Assembly: GCA_037443035.1 (NCBI GenBank)
Contig: JBBIPC010000010.1
Span: 32,001 to 96,000, forward strand
Reading direction: 5' to 3'
Source of the DNA: Chthonomonadales bacterium
GTDB lineage: Bacteria > Armatimonadota > Chthonomonadetes > Chthonomonadales > CAJBBX01
Length of the DNA stretch: 64,000 nt
Shown piece by piece: positions 29,578 to 40,600 of this stretch. The notes beneath the pieces are model-generated. The model was given only the letters and a program-made list of their open reading frames with translations, searched no databases and was not told where the DNA came from. The position numbers were made by a program, and so were the translations under genes. Within the stretch, counting starts at the first letter, position 1; every line of letters begins with the position of its first letter.

Positions 29578-29801
29578 TCACGATCGAGATTGACTACAGC
29601 GCGCCCCACTGCCCTTGCTGCAAGGCGAGCCGCTCCGCCGATCCGGAGAGACATTGGCCGTGGAGATGCGCCTGTTACAAGGGCTGTCAGGTAGCGGCTA
29701 TGGGACGAAGCTGCGAAGGACCCGGGCACTGCTGGGACGGATGCCCCTACAAAGCACCGGACGAGGCTTGCTTCGGAGGCGGATGCACTGTTGCCGCCTG
29801 A
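29574..29801 (+). CDS. Small Cys-rich protein (75 aa, 11 Cys), not called separately in the ORF track
   Basis: ATG overlaps the oxidoreductase TGA (ATGA); coding-like third positions; MITIEIDYSAPHCPCCK...CFGGGCTVAA. Confidence 0.6.
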   Translation: MITIEIDYSAPHCPCCKASRSADPERHWPWRCACYKGCQVAAMGRSCEGPGHCWDGCPYKAPDEACFGGGCTVAA

Positions 29802-29889
29802 GAGTAGCCCACCGGCCGCTACTCCACCGCGCATGAAAGCAGCCACGCGACCGTGAGCGCGTAGCGCCATGTGTGCAGGCCTAGCCTAC

Positions 29890-30105
29890 TTAGTCGAGAC
29901 CCACCAGCATACCATCCGGGGTCAATAACCACCGGACGTTACTGTATAGCTCCCTCGCGCTCCGCAGAAGGTCGTTGTACCGCTGACACTCGTTGCATCT
30001 CTCGGCGTCGGTGTGAGCTTTGCCGCAAAGACCTTCAGCCGCGAAGGCGCACGGCACGTCTTGCCGGTTATGGAATCCCTCTTCGAGGGGAATCTCTGTC
30101 GTCAT
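29890..30105 (-). CDS. Small hypothetical protein (71 aa) with C-x7-C-x9-CxxC
   Basis: ATG with AGGA upstream and a TATAGT -10-like hexamer at 30177-30172; fills an otherwise empty gap. Confidence 0.5.
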   Translation of the reverse strand: MTTEIPLEEGFHNRQDVPCAFAAEGLCGKAHTDAERCNECQRYNDLLRSARELYSNVRWLLTPDGMLVGLD

Positions 30106-30250
30106 GTTGCGTGGTATCCTGTCATCTTCAGAGCAGAGCACGCCTCGTATCTGTGCGACTCTGCGCAAGCTACTATACGCAGAAACGGGGCGAAAAGCTC
30201 CCGAAAGCGCCGCACGACGAGGCGGCCAGAGTCCGGAGGAGTAACACGCG

Positions 30251-31471
30251 ATGAACCAGCATCCCGAGATTGCCTGTGAAACACAGGTGGACCTGCCCGA
30301 CGAGAGTCACGTGATGAGCACCTACGCGCGCCAGCCGGTTCAGCTTGTCCGTGGCGAGGGCACGCGCGTGTGGGATGCGGCGGGTCGCGAATACCTGGAC
30401 TTCCTGGCCGGGATCGCCGTCTGTGGCGTGGGGCACTGTCACCCCCACGTGGTGCAGGCCATCGCTGAGCAAGCTGGGCGCCTGATGCACGTCAGCAACC
30501 ACTTCTACAATGAGCTGCAGCCCAGGCTGGCTGCGCGGCTATGCGCCTTGACGGGCATGGAGCGTGTGTTCTTCGGGAACTCCGGGGCAGAGGCCAACGA
30601 ATGCGCGATCAAGATAGCCCGCAAGTGGGGCAAGATGCATCGCGGCCAGGACTGCTACGAGATCGTCACCTTCACAGGTTCCTTCCATGGCCGCACACTG
30701 GCCACGGTCACAGCGACGGCGCAGGAGAAATACCAGGCGCCGTTCGCGCCACTGCCGCCGGGATTCGTCTATGTAGATGTCGGCGATGTGCAAGCCCTGG
30801 ATGCTGCGATTACCGAACGAACCTGCGCCGTGATGATCGAGCCGATCCAGGGAGAGAGCGGCATTCGCATTGTCCCGACCGACTTCCTGAAGCTCATCCG
30901 CGCGCTGTGCGATGAGGTGGGCGCTCTGCTGATCTTCGACGAGGTGCAGAGCGGGATGGGGCGCACGGGTCGCTTCTTGGCGTCGCAGACCGCCGGTGTG
31001 GAAGGAGATATTGTGACGCTGGCCAAGAGTGTAGCCTCAGGAGTTCCCATGGGGGTCTGTCTGGCACGGGGCGATGCGGCGAAAGTGCTGGTTCCTGGCG
31101 ACCACGGTTCGACGTTCGGCGGCCAGCCTCTGGCCTGCGCATCAGCGTTGGCGACACTGGACGTGATCGAGAGCGAGGCGCTCATGGACCGAGCAGCCAG
31201 TGTCGGTGGCTATTTCCTCGGGCGTCTGGAAGAGCTGGCAGCAGAGTATCCCGCCGTTGTCAAAGAAGCGCGTGGCGTTGGGCTGATGCTGGCCCTGGAG
31301 CTAGCTGTACCGGAGGCGCGAAAGGTGCAGCGTGGCCTTCTCACGCGTGGTGTCATCGTCAATGCCGTGGGCGACAGTATTCTCCGGTTTCTGCCACCGC
31401 TAGTAGTCACGGAAGCGGAATGCGCCGCGGTTGCCGACGCGCTTCACGCAGAGCTGGCGGAGCTCGCCTGA
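30251..31471 (+). CDS. argD: Acetylornithine aminotransferase
   Basis: YLDFLAGIAV, NSGAEANE, SFHGRT, EPIQGESG, FDEVQSGMGRTG, TLAK, HGSTFGG. Confidence 0.9.
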   Translation: MNQHPEIACETQVDLPDESHVMSTYARQPVQLVRGEGTRVWDAAGREYLDFLAGIAVCGVGHCHPHVVQAIAEQAGRLMHVSNHFYNELQPRLAARLCALTGMERVFFGNSGAEANECAIKIARKWGKMHRGQDCYEIVTFTGSFHGRTLATVTATAQEKYQAPFAPLPPGFVYVDVGDVQALDAAITERTCAVMIEPIQGESGIRIVPTDFLKLIRALCDEVGALLIFDEVQSGMGRTGRFLASQTAGVEGDIVTLAKSVASGVPMGVCLARGDAAKVLVPGDHGSTFGGQPLACASALATLDVIESEALMDRAASVGGYFLGRLEELAAEYPAVVKEARGVGLMLALELAVPEARKVQRGLLTRGVIVNAVGDSILRFLPPLVVTEAECAAVADALHAELAELA

Positions 31472-31490
31472 CGACACAGCGGGGACTCGT

Positions 31491-32069
31491 CTAACCCGGG
31501 TGCTCGCCTCTGAAAGGGAAGCGCTCTACCAGCGAATACTCAGATCCTGTCGGGCGGAGTGTGCTCCGCATGAGTACCATGCTGTCCACGGTAATGGTGG
31601 CGATCTCGCCGAGGTTCAGTTGGGCAAGTCCATCGGCGGCAGCGGACTCCGCCTCGTAAGTCTTGATCCGCGCTATCGTCAGGTGGGCCGTCGGAACCTT
31701 GCTCTCGCGGCGGAAATGCTCCCGGGCAAGGGCATCGTCCATGAGCCTGGCCATGCGCTCGAACTCCTGAGCGCCGGATGTGGCCCCAATCCAGAGAACG
31801 CTCGGCCGACGTGGTGTGGGAAAAGCGCCGAGGCCGCCCAGCGTCAAACGGAAGGGTGCTAAATTGTCGCAGATCCGCTCGGCAATCTCCACAGCCTTCT
31901 GTGCCCGTGACATGGTCTGCTCGCCTAGGAACTTCACGGTGTAGTGGAACTGCTCGGGGCGGACCCAGCGAATGGACGGGCACTCCATGGCACGGCGTAA
32001 ATCGGCTTGAACCTTCTCCAGGGCCAGGAGAACCTCCGGCGGTATCGTCACAGCGAAGAATAGGCGCAT
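31491..32069 (-). CDS. thpR: RNA 2',3'-cyclic phosphodiesterase (2H family)
   Basis: MRLFFAV and two HxT motifs (HYTVKFLG, HLTIAR). Confidence 0.9.
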   Translation of the reverse strand: MRLFFAVTIPPEVLLALEKVQADLRRAMECPSIRWVRPEQFHYTVKFLGEQTMSRAQKAVEIAERICDNLAPFRLTLGGLGAFPTPRRPSVLWIGATSGAQEFERMARLMDDALAREHFRRESKVPTAHLTIARIKTYEAESAAADGLAQLNLGEIATITVDSMVLMRSTLRPTGSEYSLVERFPFRGEHPG

Positions 32070-32107
32070 GCTAGTTCGTCAGTCTCCTTGATCGATCCCT
32101 GTGTTGC

Positions 32108-34741
32108 TCATCGCACACGCAGGAGGCGCACTTCTCCACGCTGTAGCGGGAGTGTCAGTTCCTTCCCTGAGGATAGCACGCGGCCAGTCAACAGATCTCG
32201 CACGTTTGCCGGTTTGCGGAGGTGAACGGTCAGAGGGCCAGTCTCCAAGGCTTCGATTGCCAGCACAGGTCCGCTGCTCCACACCCCAGCGTTGTGCTCT
32301 GTGTAGAGGTGGACACCGGCCGTACGGGCTGCAACTCGGAGCAGATCGGGCGTCATGCCCGGCGCACCGACGAACAGGGACCAACCGTCGACTCGCGTGC
32401 GCAAGGCCACGGCCACGCTGCCGTCCGGATAGGTTGCCAGCGTCTCCTCCGGCAAGGCGTCTTTGACTGCGAAGAGGGGTGCCACGCGACGGGGTGTCCC
32501 GAAAGCCGTTGTCAGACCCAGGCGGCGCCCTGTCTCTGTTGGAGTGGCGATGGCTTGCTCGGGCGAAACCTGTGCGCATTCGAAGCCAGTGAGCTCCCGC
32601 ATGGCCTGCAACGAGATGCCGCTACTCTCGCATGCGCCAGGAGCGTAGCACCACATACGCAGCGCGCCCGCAGTTCGGTTCAGAATCTGTCTGCGCGTCT
32701 GGGCATCGAGCCACCAGGCGTTGTGGAACACGTACATGCGCGCCCGCACCCTGCCGGCTACCACGTCATCCAGGAGGTACTGCCCGTACGGCGCGCCCAT
32801 GCGGCCTAGCTGGTGCCTGGCGCCATAGATGATGGGGAATGTTACGTCGTAAGCGCCCGGCGCGACGAGAAGCATGGAGCGTTCGTCCATGACCGACGCG
32901 ACCTCGGGCCGGTACGGTATGGGCTGTTGGAGGAATACCCTGTCCAGTGGCTCGAGCCGCCTCAACAGGGCCCAGAGCTCCGGGTCGTCGAACCAACCTT
33001 CCATGCCGAGGTCCATCCACCAGGTCGCCATATTCCGGGTCGCTTCGTTCGCGATGTTACGCGTGAGGACCTGGGTTGTCTCGTAGAGGTTGGCGCAACG
33101 TGCGATGGCATCAGGAGTATCGGGGCTTTCGTGAGTACGGGTGTCGTCTTCCTGAAGCCACATCTTAGTGCCGGTGAGGGGAACGCTCTCTGCCGCGGAC
33201 ATAACGGGACCGGTCTGTGCGAAACCCCGGTCGCCATAGGAGATCGGCGAACAGAGAACGTCTATATCGGGACACTCGAGGACACGACGCATGGCGTAAT
33301 GGCCTGAAGTGGCAGGGCCGAGGTGCACACCGCCGAACTCATAGGCGTAGCCATAGAAGAACACGACGAGTTTGCGGCCCCTGGAAGCCTGTCGCACGGC
33401 CCGGGCAATTTCGCAGACCAGATCAGCCATGGCATGCTGCTGGTACTCAGCGAAGTCTACGAGCATGCGCTCCGAAGCCGGATCTCGGAGCACGCCATTA
33501 GGAGCAGCCCTTCGGACAGCGGGTGGTGGCACCACCACGTCGGCAAGCCGCGCCTCAGGATCCTTCCAGGCAGCTTGCAGATTCGCGTCGGACCGGTACC
33601 GCCTCCTCAGCCAGTCACGGAATCCGGCCTGATCCGCCGGTGCATAGCCGTTCAGCAAACTGCCCCATGTTTCTTCATAGAACCACTCGCCCGTGTTCTG
33701 GCCACAGGGATGGTAGCCGGCCATGTGGTCGCCGTAGCGGCTCTCGAGGTGGGCCACCAGCGCAGCTGCTCGGGCCGCAGCATCCGTCCTGTACCTAGGA
33801 GATGCTGGCACAGCCGTATGACGTCGAACCCCATTCTCCCAGACCATCATAGCCTCGGGGTATTCCTGCGCCCACCAGGATGGCGGATCCAGTCCAAAAC
33901 GCGGTAGAAGCAAGGCCCGCGGGTTGGCCTTCAGCACCCGATCGCATTCAGCGTCTACGGCGGTCCAGTCCTCGGCCTCACCTGGACGAGGCCATGGGGT
34001 GGGCACGATGAAGCTTACGAAGTGGACGTCAGCGTCAGCCGCCAGACGAATCTGGCTTTCGTAGCGGCTTGGTGGACCTCCGAGGTGAATGAACGTAGGG
34101 CCGGGGCGGTAGAAGTTGACAGATAGCATTCGAGGAGGATCGGCGCGGCACCAGAGAGAGACCTTGTAGGTACGACCACGTTCGATCTGCAGGTTCGGTA
34201 TGCGATAGATGTGGAAGTCGGGCCATGGGCCGCTCACCGGTTCGCGCAAGCGGACGTGCATGGCAGCCGAATTGCCCTCGCCTCCATCGGCTGAGACCTC
34301 CACTGCGCCCACAGTATTCCGCTCACCGAACGGCCATACGACCCAGTCCTTGTCCAGCGATGTCCGACCGCTCTCGAACGTGGCGCGAGGTAGGACAACA
34401 GCGCCGGACTCGCCATCCCGCACCTCGACGTTGTCTATCCAGATGTCCCCCGCTCGCTGGCCGAAGCGGAAGTGCATCGTTCCATCGCCTGGTGCGCTGC
34501 TGGAAGCTACGAACTCGAATTCGATCCGCTTGCCCTCCGGTCCCACCGAGATAGGACTGCTCCCGGGACCTCCGAAGAACATCCTGGCCCGGACTGGCTT
34601 GCCATTCACCAGAATGCGCGGCGCACCGTTGTGGACCGCAACTCGTACGGTGAGTTCGGCACTAGCTGACATGGTCATGACTGCAACTCCCAAGCACGAC
34701 AGAGCAGACCCTGCCGCACGTCGCCCCGTTGTCCAGTGCAT
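32108..34741 (-). CDS. Secreted GH42/beta-galactosidase-like glycoside hydrolase with inserted CBM-like domain
   Basis: Signal peptide (ASA|E); GYHPCGQNTGEWFY, FRDWLRRRY, DVLCSPISY, EDDTRT. Start set at MHWTTG. Confidence 0.65.
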   Translation of the reverse strand: MHWTTGRRAAGSALSCLGVAVMTMSASAELTVRVAVHNGAPRILVNGKPVRARMFFGGPGSSPISVGPEGKRIEFEFVASSSAPGDGTMHFRFGQRAGDIWIDNVEVRDGESGAVVLPRATFESGRTSLDKDWVVWPFGERNTVGAVEVSADGGEGNSAAMHVRLREPVSGPWPDFHIYRIPNLQIERGRTYKVSLWCRADPPRMLSVNFYRPGPTFIHLGGPPSRYESQIRLAADADVHFVSFIVPTPWPRPGEAEDWTAVDAECDRVLKANPRALLLPRFGLDPPSWWAQEYPEAMMVWENGVRRHTAVPASPRYRTDAAARAAALVAHLESRYGDHMAGYHPCGQNTGEWFYEETWGSLLNGYAPADQAGFRDWLRRRYRSDANLQAAWKDPEARLADVVVPPPAVRRAAPNGVLRDPASERMLVDFAEYQQHAMADLVCEIARAVRQASRGRKLVVFFYGYAYEFGGVHLGPATSGHYAMRRVLECPDIDVLCSPISYGDRGFAQTGPVMSAAESVPLTGTKMWLQEDDTRTHESPDTPDAIARCANLYETTQVLTRNIANEATRNMATWWMDLGMEGWFDDPELWALLRRLEPLDRVFLQQPIPYRPEVASVMDERSMLLVAPGAYDVTFPIIYGARHQLGRMGAPYGQYLLDDVVAGRVRARMYVFHNAWWLDAQTRRQILNRTAGALRMWCYAPGACESSGISLQAMRELTGFECAQVSPEQAIATPTETGRRLGLTTAFGTPRRVAPLFAVKDALPEETLATYPDGSVAVALRTRVDGWSLFVGAPGMTPDLLRVAARTAGVHLYTEHNAGVWSSGPVLAIEALETGPLTVHLRKPANVRDLLTGRVLSSGKELTLPLQRGEVRLLRVR

Positions 34742-35020
34742 TCGCGAGACCACCCCCCTACTCTCGCGGCATGCAGCCGCGCTAGTGGATAGTTCCGTGC
34801 CGCTGCACGCTTTCTCCTGCTGACGCGACACCGATTCGTCCCGGCGGGCGGCCCGACATTGCCCAATGGATATGAAGCAGGATTCCACTGGCCTGGTAGA
34901 GTACTGATAGACGGACTGCTCTGTTCGTGAAGGAACCGTGGCTCAGCCAACCGCGCATCCCTGGCCACGCGAAGCAGTCCGGGGAACTGTCCGCTGGCAT
35001 TGCGCTGAGGAGTCTGTGCT

Positions 35021-37225
35021 GTGCGACGAGTAGTAGCCACGGTCAGGCTGCCGTTGGCGTTGGCAGCCGTCTTCTGCGTGCTCGTTGTGGGCACCCTCCT
35101 TGGCGCACGCCATTTCTACCAACGCCAACGGGACGCGATCCGCGAATCCCGCGTTCTGCAGGTCCAGGGCACGACGAACCTCCAGGCAGACCGTATCAAC
35201 GGCTGGCTGGACCAAGCACGACAGGATGCGAGCCTCGTCGCTCTGGCCACGGCGCGGTTTCTGCGGGACGCTCCTGCGCAGGAGCGTGTGCGCCTAGTGC
35301 AGTCGGCTCGTATCTGGGCGGAAGCTCTCCAGGTGAACCGAGGTTACGTGTCAGTGCACTTGCTGGACGCCCAAGGCAACGTGCTACTGCACCAGCCGTC
35401 ACAGCCTCACGCGGACCCGGTGGAGCTCAGATGGCTAGCTCAGGAAGCCATCGCTGCTGGCTTGCCGGTGAGCCACGGTCTGCAGGACGGCCCACGCGGA
35501 CCATCCTTCAGGGTCGCGGCCCCAATCTGGCGCGCGGAAGCGCCCAGCAAGGTGGTTGGGGCGGTCGTGCTGGTCACAGATCCCCAACAAAGCTTGTTCA
35601 GATTGCTCGCCGGCCAATCTCAGACCAGTCATACGTGGGAGACGCTGCTGGTTCAGACACCCGACCTGCGGTGCGTCGTACTTCGCACGAGCGGGCCCCA
35701 GCCGGTCCGGCGCACCGTGAAGCCGATTCCTGCCAACGATACCATCTTGTCGCAAGCCGTGATGGGACGAACGGGTCACCTCTACGGCGAGGATGACCGT
35801 GGCAGGGTCTGCCTGGCGCAGATCGTGCCACTCGAACAACCCGGCTGGCTTCTCGTCGGTCGGGAAAGCATGGAGGAAACGGATCGGCTTCTCCGCGCCT
35901 TCATCATCCCGTGGATAACAGCGGTGATCGCTCTCATCATGGTGTGCTTCGCTGTTCTCTTGGCCGTCTGGCAGCGGCAGACGCGCCGATATTACCAGCA
36001 GCTACTCGAGGAGGAGGTACGCCGGAGCGCCATGGCCAACAAGCTGGCAGAGTCGGAGATTCTGCTCCGGACAGTCTTGGATACGGTTCCCCAACGCGTT
36101 TTCTGGAAAGATCGCAAGAGTCGCTACCTGGGATGCAATCTCCCCTTTGCCAAAGACGCAGGTCGGGAAAGACCAGAGGAATTGCTGGGCGAAGATGACT
36201 ATGCCATGGCATGGCATGCTAACGCTGAGCTGTACCGCGAGGATGATCGTCAGGTGATGGAGAGCGGCCAGGCGAAGCTCGCCTACGAAGAACCGCAGGA
36301 CATTCCTAATGGACGCCGTCGCTGGCTGCGCACCAGCAAGGTCCCACTGAAGAACGACCGAGGAGAGATCGTCGGCGTGCTGGGAACCTACGAGGACATC
36401 ACGAAGGAGAAGCTGAACCTTGAGCAGCTCGAGGAGGCCAAGCGAGACCTCGAGGAGAAGAATCGAGAGCTGACCGAACTCCTCCACTTCGTGTCTCACG
36501 ACCTGCGAAGCCCGCTCGTCACCGTGTCTAGCTTTGCGGAGGAAGTGGAAGCCGATGTCGAAGCGCTGAGGGGGCTCCTCGAGGGTCTCTCTGTGCCGGC
36601 GGAGCGTGCGAACAGGATCCGCGCGCTGACCGACAGCAATCTTCCACGGTCCACCACGTTCATCCTCGATGCGGCGAAGACCATGGGCAGGCTTCTAGAT
36701 GGCGTCCTGACGATCTCGCGCTACGGCCGCGCGACCTATCGGTCCGAGCCTGTCGACATGGCGATGCTCGTGCGCAGAGTGGTGGATGCGATGGATCAGG
36801 AAATCAGGAGTGCCGGGGCAGCAGTGGAGGTTGGGGAGCTTCCCCCGTGCCTTGGCGATGCGGAGCGTCTCGAACATGTCGTCAGGAATCTTCTGTCGAA
36901 CGCTCTGAAGTACCGCGATCCGAACCGGCGGTGCCAAGTCCGTGTTTCCGGAAGTCCTCAGGGCCGCTACGTGATATACTGTATGGAGGACAACGGAATC
37001 GGCATACCTTCAGACAAGGTCGAGAAGGTGTTCGAGATGTTCGTACGCGCGGCACCCGACGACATTCCTGGAGAGGGTCTGGGGCTCGCGAGTGTGCGGG
37101 TCATTGTCGGTAGGCATGGTGGACGCTGCTGGATCGAATCGCAAGAAGGCAAGAGTACACGCGTCTGCTTCACGGTGCCGGCAGTCAGCGAGGCAGATGA
37201 GGTTGCGCTGAGGGAGCCCAGATGA
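35021..37225 (+). CDS. Membrane sensor histidine kinase (periplasmic Cache-like, PAS, HisKA, HATPase)
   Basis: Two TMs, FWKD..YLGCN PAS, SHDLRSPL, NLLSNALKY, DNGIG, GEGLGL. Confidence 0.92.
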   Translation: MRRVVATVRLPLALAAVFCVLVVGTLLGARHFYQRQRDAIRESRVLQVQGTTNLQADRINGWLDQARQDASLVALATARFLRDAPAQERVRLVQSARIWAEALQVNRGYVSVHLLDAQGNVLLHQPSQPHADPVELRWLAQEAIAAGLPVSHGLQDGPRGPSFRVAAPIWRAEAPSKVVGAVVLVTDPQQSLFRLLAGQSQTSHTWETLLVQTPDLRCVVLRTSGPQPVRRTVKPIPANDTILSQAVMGRTGHLYGEDDRGRVCLAQIVPLEQPGWLLVGRESMEETDRLLRAFIIPWITAVIALIMVCFAVLLAVWQRQTRRYYQQLLEEEVRRSAMANKLAESEILLRTVLDTVPQRVFWKDRKSRYLGCNLPFAKDAGRERPEELLGEDDYAMAWHANAELYREDDRQVMESGQAKLAYEEPQDIPNGRRRWLRTSKVPLKNDRGEIVGVLGTYEDITKEKLNLEQLEEAKRDLEEKNRELTELLHFVSHDLRSPLVTVSSFAEEVEADVEALRGLLEGLSVPAERANRIRALTDSNLPRSTTFILDAAKTMGRLLDGVLTISRYGRATYRSEPVDMAMLVRRVVDAMDQEIRSAGAAVEVGELPPCLGDAERLEHVVRNLLSNALKYRDPNRRCQVRVSGSPQGRYVIYCMEDNGIGIPSDKVEKVFEMFVRAAPDDIPGEGLGLASVRVIVGRHGGRCWIESQEGKSTRVCFTVPAVSEADEVALREPR

Positions 37226-37665
37226 ACATACTCGAGACGACGGTCCTTATCGCCGAAGACAACGATGCTCACGCAGCGCTGATCAGCTCCAACCTGCAGC
37301 GGGCTGGTCTCGTCAATCCTATGCTGCGGTTCAAGGATGGAGACGAAGTGCTGCGTTATCTCGACAACGATGCCGTGAGGGGCGGTTCCTACATCTTGCT
37401 GCTCGACATCAAGATGCCCAGAACGGACGGCGTGGAGGTCCTGCGCCGGGTGAAGGCTTCGCCAGTGCTCCGTCGCGTGCCCGTCATCATCTTGACGACT
37501 ACGGATGATCCGCATGAGGTGGCACGCTGCCACGATATAGGATGCAGCAGTTACGTTACGAAGCCTGTAGACCCCGATAAGTTTCGGGAAGCCATCCAGA
37601 CGCTAGGCCTGTTCCTCATGGTGGTGGAGGTTCCCGAGGTAGACGGGCAGGCCGGCCTGGCATGA
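37222..37665 (+). CDS. Single-domain response regulator (Rcp1-like)
   Basis: IAEDN, LLDIKMP, LTTT, YVTKP; ATGA overlaps on both sides. Confidence 0.92.
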   Translation: MNILETTVLIAEDNDAHAALISSNLQRAGLVNPMLRFKDGDEVLRYLDNDAVRGGSYILLLDIKMPRTDGVEVLRRVKASPVLRRVPVIILTTTDDPHEVARCHDIGCSSYVTKPVDPDKFREAIQTLGLFLMVVEVPEVDGQAGLA

Positions 37666-40600
37666 GTCACCACGAGCCGCAAGTCCCTGTCAGCACCGCA
37701 GTGCCTGGGGCCGAAGGCGTTGTCGCCATTGTGGTGGACGACGATGCGGGGGTCCGTGCCAGCGTCATGACCCTGCTGGAACGACACGCGGTCACCAGCA
37801 TGGCCGCCGCGACGTGCGACGAGGGGATGCGCCTGGCCGCGGAGGCTCGGCCCGAACTGGCGATCCTCGACTATGCGTTAGGCGATCGCACGGGATTCGA
37901 GGTGCTCGCATTCATGTCGGGCCTGTCCGGTCCGCCGGTAACTATCATCCTCACTGGCCACAGCTCCGAGGAAGTGGCGATCGAGGCGCTCAGGGCGGGC
38001 GCCTTCGATTACGTGGTCAAGGACCCGGCCACGATGGATGTACGCCTGGGCGCGGCAGTGCGTCGGGCGCTGCGGCACATTGCGGATCGGCGAAGAATCG
38101 AGCGGCGTCAGCAGGACCTCGAGATGCGGGAACAGCAGTTCCGATCGCTCTACGAGTTCGCGCCTCTGCCGACGCACACTCTGGATGCCGAAGGCCGAAT
38201 CCTGCGTGCGAACCTGGCTTGGAGAGAGCTTCTCGGTTTCACCGATGAAGAAGTCAGGGGTCAGCCGTTCAAGGACTTCGTCGAACCTAGCGATCGGGAA
38301 AAGTGTCAGCAGATGCTCTGCGAACTGGTCCAGAGCCGCGGACGGGGATCGCTAGAACTTACCCTCACCGCCCGGAACGGTGCACGCAGAGTCGTCTCGG
38401 TCGTAGCATGCGCAGTGGTAGCAGGCGGCACTGTGTCCGTCCACTGTGTGCTCCGGGACCTCACGGCGGAGAGGGCTGCGATTGAGACAGCGGCGGAACG
38501 TTCTCGCGAGCTGCAGCAGTTCCTCGACACTGCGCAAGAAGGGATCTGGCTCTGCGATGTCGAGCAGCGCACCACGTGGGTCAACGAGCGAATGGCGCAG
38601 ATGCTCGGCTACACGCCGGCGGAGATGGTCGGAAGGCGGGTCACAGAGTTCGTGGTGCCCGAGGAGCGGGAAGATCAACTGCGGCGGAGCGCGATACGCG
38701 AGTCCGGTCTCGCCGAGAGCTTCCTGCGGAGAGTAATTGCTAAGGACGGCACCATCCGCACGTTTCTCGTCTCCGTAACGGCCAGCATGGACGTGGGCGG
38801 CAAGTACCGCGGCTCCTTCGCCATGTTGACGGAGGTGACGCATCAGGAAGAGCTTCTCAGGGAGTTGCAGGCGCAGCGCGCTCGGTTGGCCAGCGTGCTC
38901 ATGGCGGCCCCTGACGGCATTGGCCTTGTCAAGGATCGCGTTATCCTGGAGGCGAACGACGCCCTGTGCCAGATGGTTGGTCGAACGCGCGAAGAACTCG
39001 TTGGCAAGAGCGCGCGCATCCTGTATCCGACGGACGAGGACTTCGAGTACGTTGGGCGGGAGAAATACGCCCAGATCGCACGCGAGGGCTCGGGCCGAGT
39101 GGAGACGCGGTTCCTGCGGGCCGATGGAACCGTTCGGGACGTGCTGCTCAGTTCGACCTATGCCGATCCCGACGATCACTCCAAGGGTCTGACATTCGTC
39201 GCAGTGGACATCACGGACCGCAAGCGGCAGGAAACGCGCCTGCGGGAGATTCTGCGGCAACTGCAGGCGACGTTCTCAGCGGTGCCTGACTCGGTCCTGC
39301 TCCTCGACAGTGATCAGCGGATCATCCGGGCCAACCAAGCTACGGCTAACCGATTGGGGACCACAGTCAAAGAACTGGAGGGACGACACTGCTTCGAGGT
39401 GGTTCATGAGCTGCAAGGTCCCCACCCCCAGTGTCCGTTCTGTCTGTTAGGCCAGTCTGGCGCGACCATGGAGTGCCGGCTGCGTGAGCCGAGAATGGGC
39501 GGGTGGTTCGATATCTCCATCACACCCGTCATGGCTGATGACGGGACAGTCTCGCACTATATTCACGTGGCGCGCGACGTGACTCCCTTGGTACGCCACA
39601 TACAGTGGCTCGAAGCCCTCCACGAGCTAGCCACAACCAGCTTCGAAAGTGACAAGGATCTTATCGGCTTCGCTTTGGAGCAATGCGTACGCTTGACCGA
39701 GAGCCGGTACGGCTACCTGCATTTTGTCGAATCGGACGAAGTCAATATGGAGTTGTTCGCGTGGAACGAGGCAGCTCGGAAGGACTGTACCGCGCCTGTC
39801 ACTCGGAAGTACCCGCTGCGCGAAGCCGGCGTGTGGGCCGATGCGGTACGCACGCGGGAACCCCAGATCCACAACGACTACCAGGAATTGCCCGAGAAAC
39901 ACGGGTACCCGGAGGGGCATCCGCATATCGTGCGGCACATGAGTGTGCCGGTAGTGGAGGAGGGGAAGGTCGTCCTGGTCTGTGGCGTCGCCAACCGACA
40001 GACGGAGTACGAGGCGGTCCACGCTGAGGAGATGCAGACCTTTCTGCAGGATGTTTGGAACATCCTCTGCCGGCACCGTGCAGAACGGGAGCTGCGTGCG
40101 CTGAACGCAGAGCTCAACTTGCGTGTGGAGCAGCGCACCGAAGAGCTGCGGCGCACCAATGTGCAGTTCGATCTCTATGCCGGTGCAGTGGCGCATCAGC
40201 TGGGCAATCGCATCGGTGCGATGGACGGGTACGTGGCGGACCTCGAACGTTTCGAACCGGCCCTGGACGAGGCGGGAAGGAAGGACCTACATTTCCTTCG
40301 GTACACCACCGATCGCCTCAGGGAGATGCTCGACAGCCTCACCCGCTTGGCGCGTCAGACCCGTGGCGAGCTCGATCGGACGCCGACGGACCTCAGCCAG
40401 ATGGCGATACGATTCCTCCAGCGTCAACGCGCGGAGGATCCCACGCGCGCCGTCGAGTGGGAAGTTGCCGATGGCCTGACGGCTCACTGCGACGGTGCCA
40501 TGGCAAGACACGTGCTGGAGAACCTCCTCAGTAACGCTTGGAAATACACGAAGGATCGCTCACCTGCACGCATCGAGGTGGGCCAGACCCAGCGGAAGGG

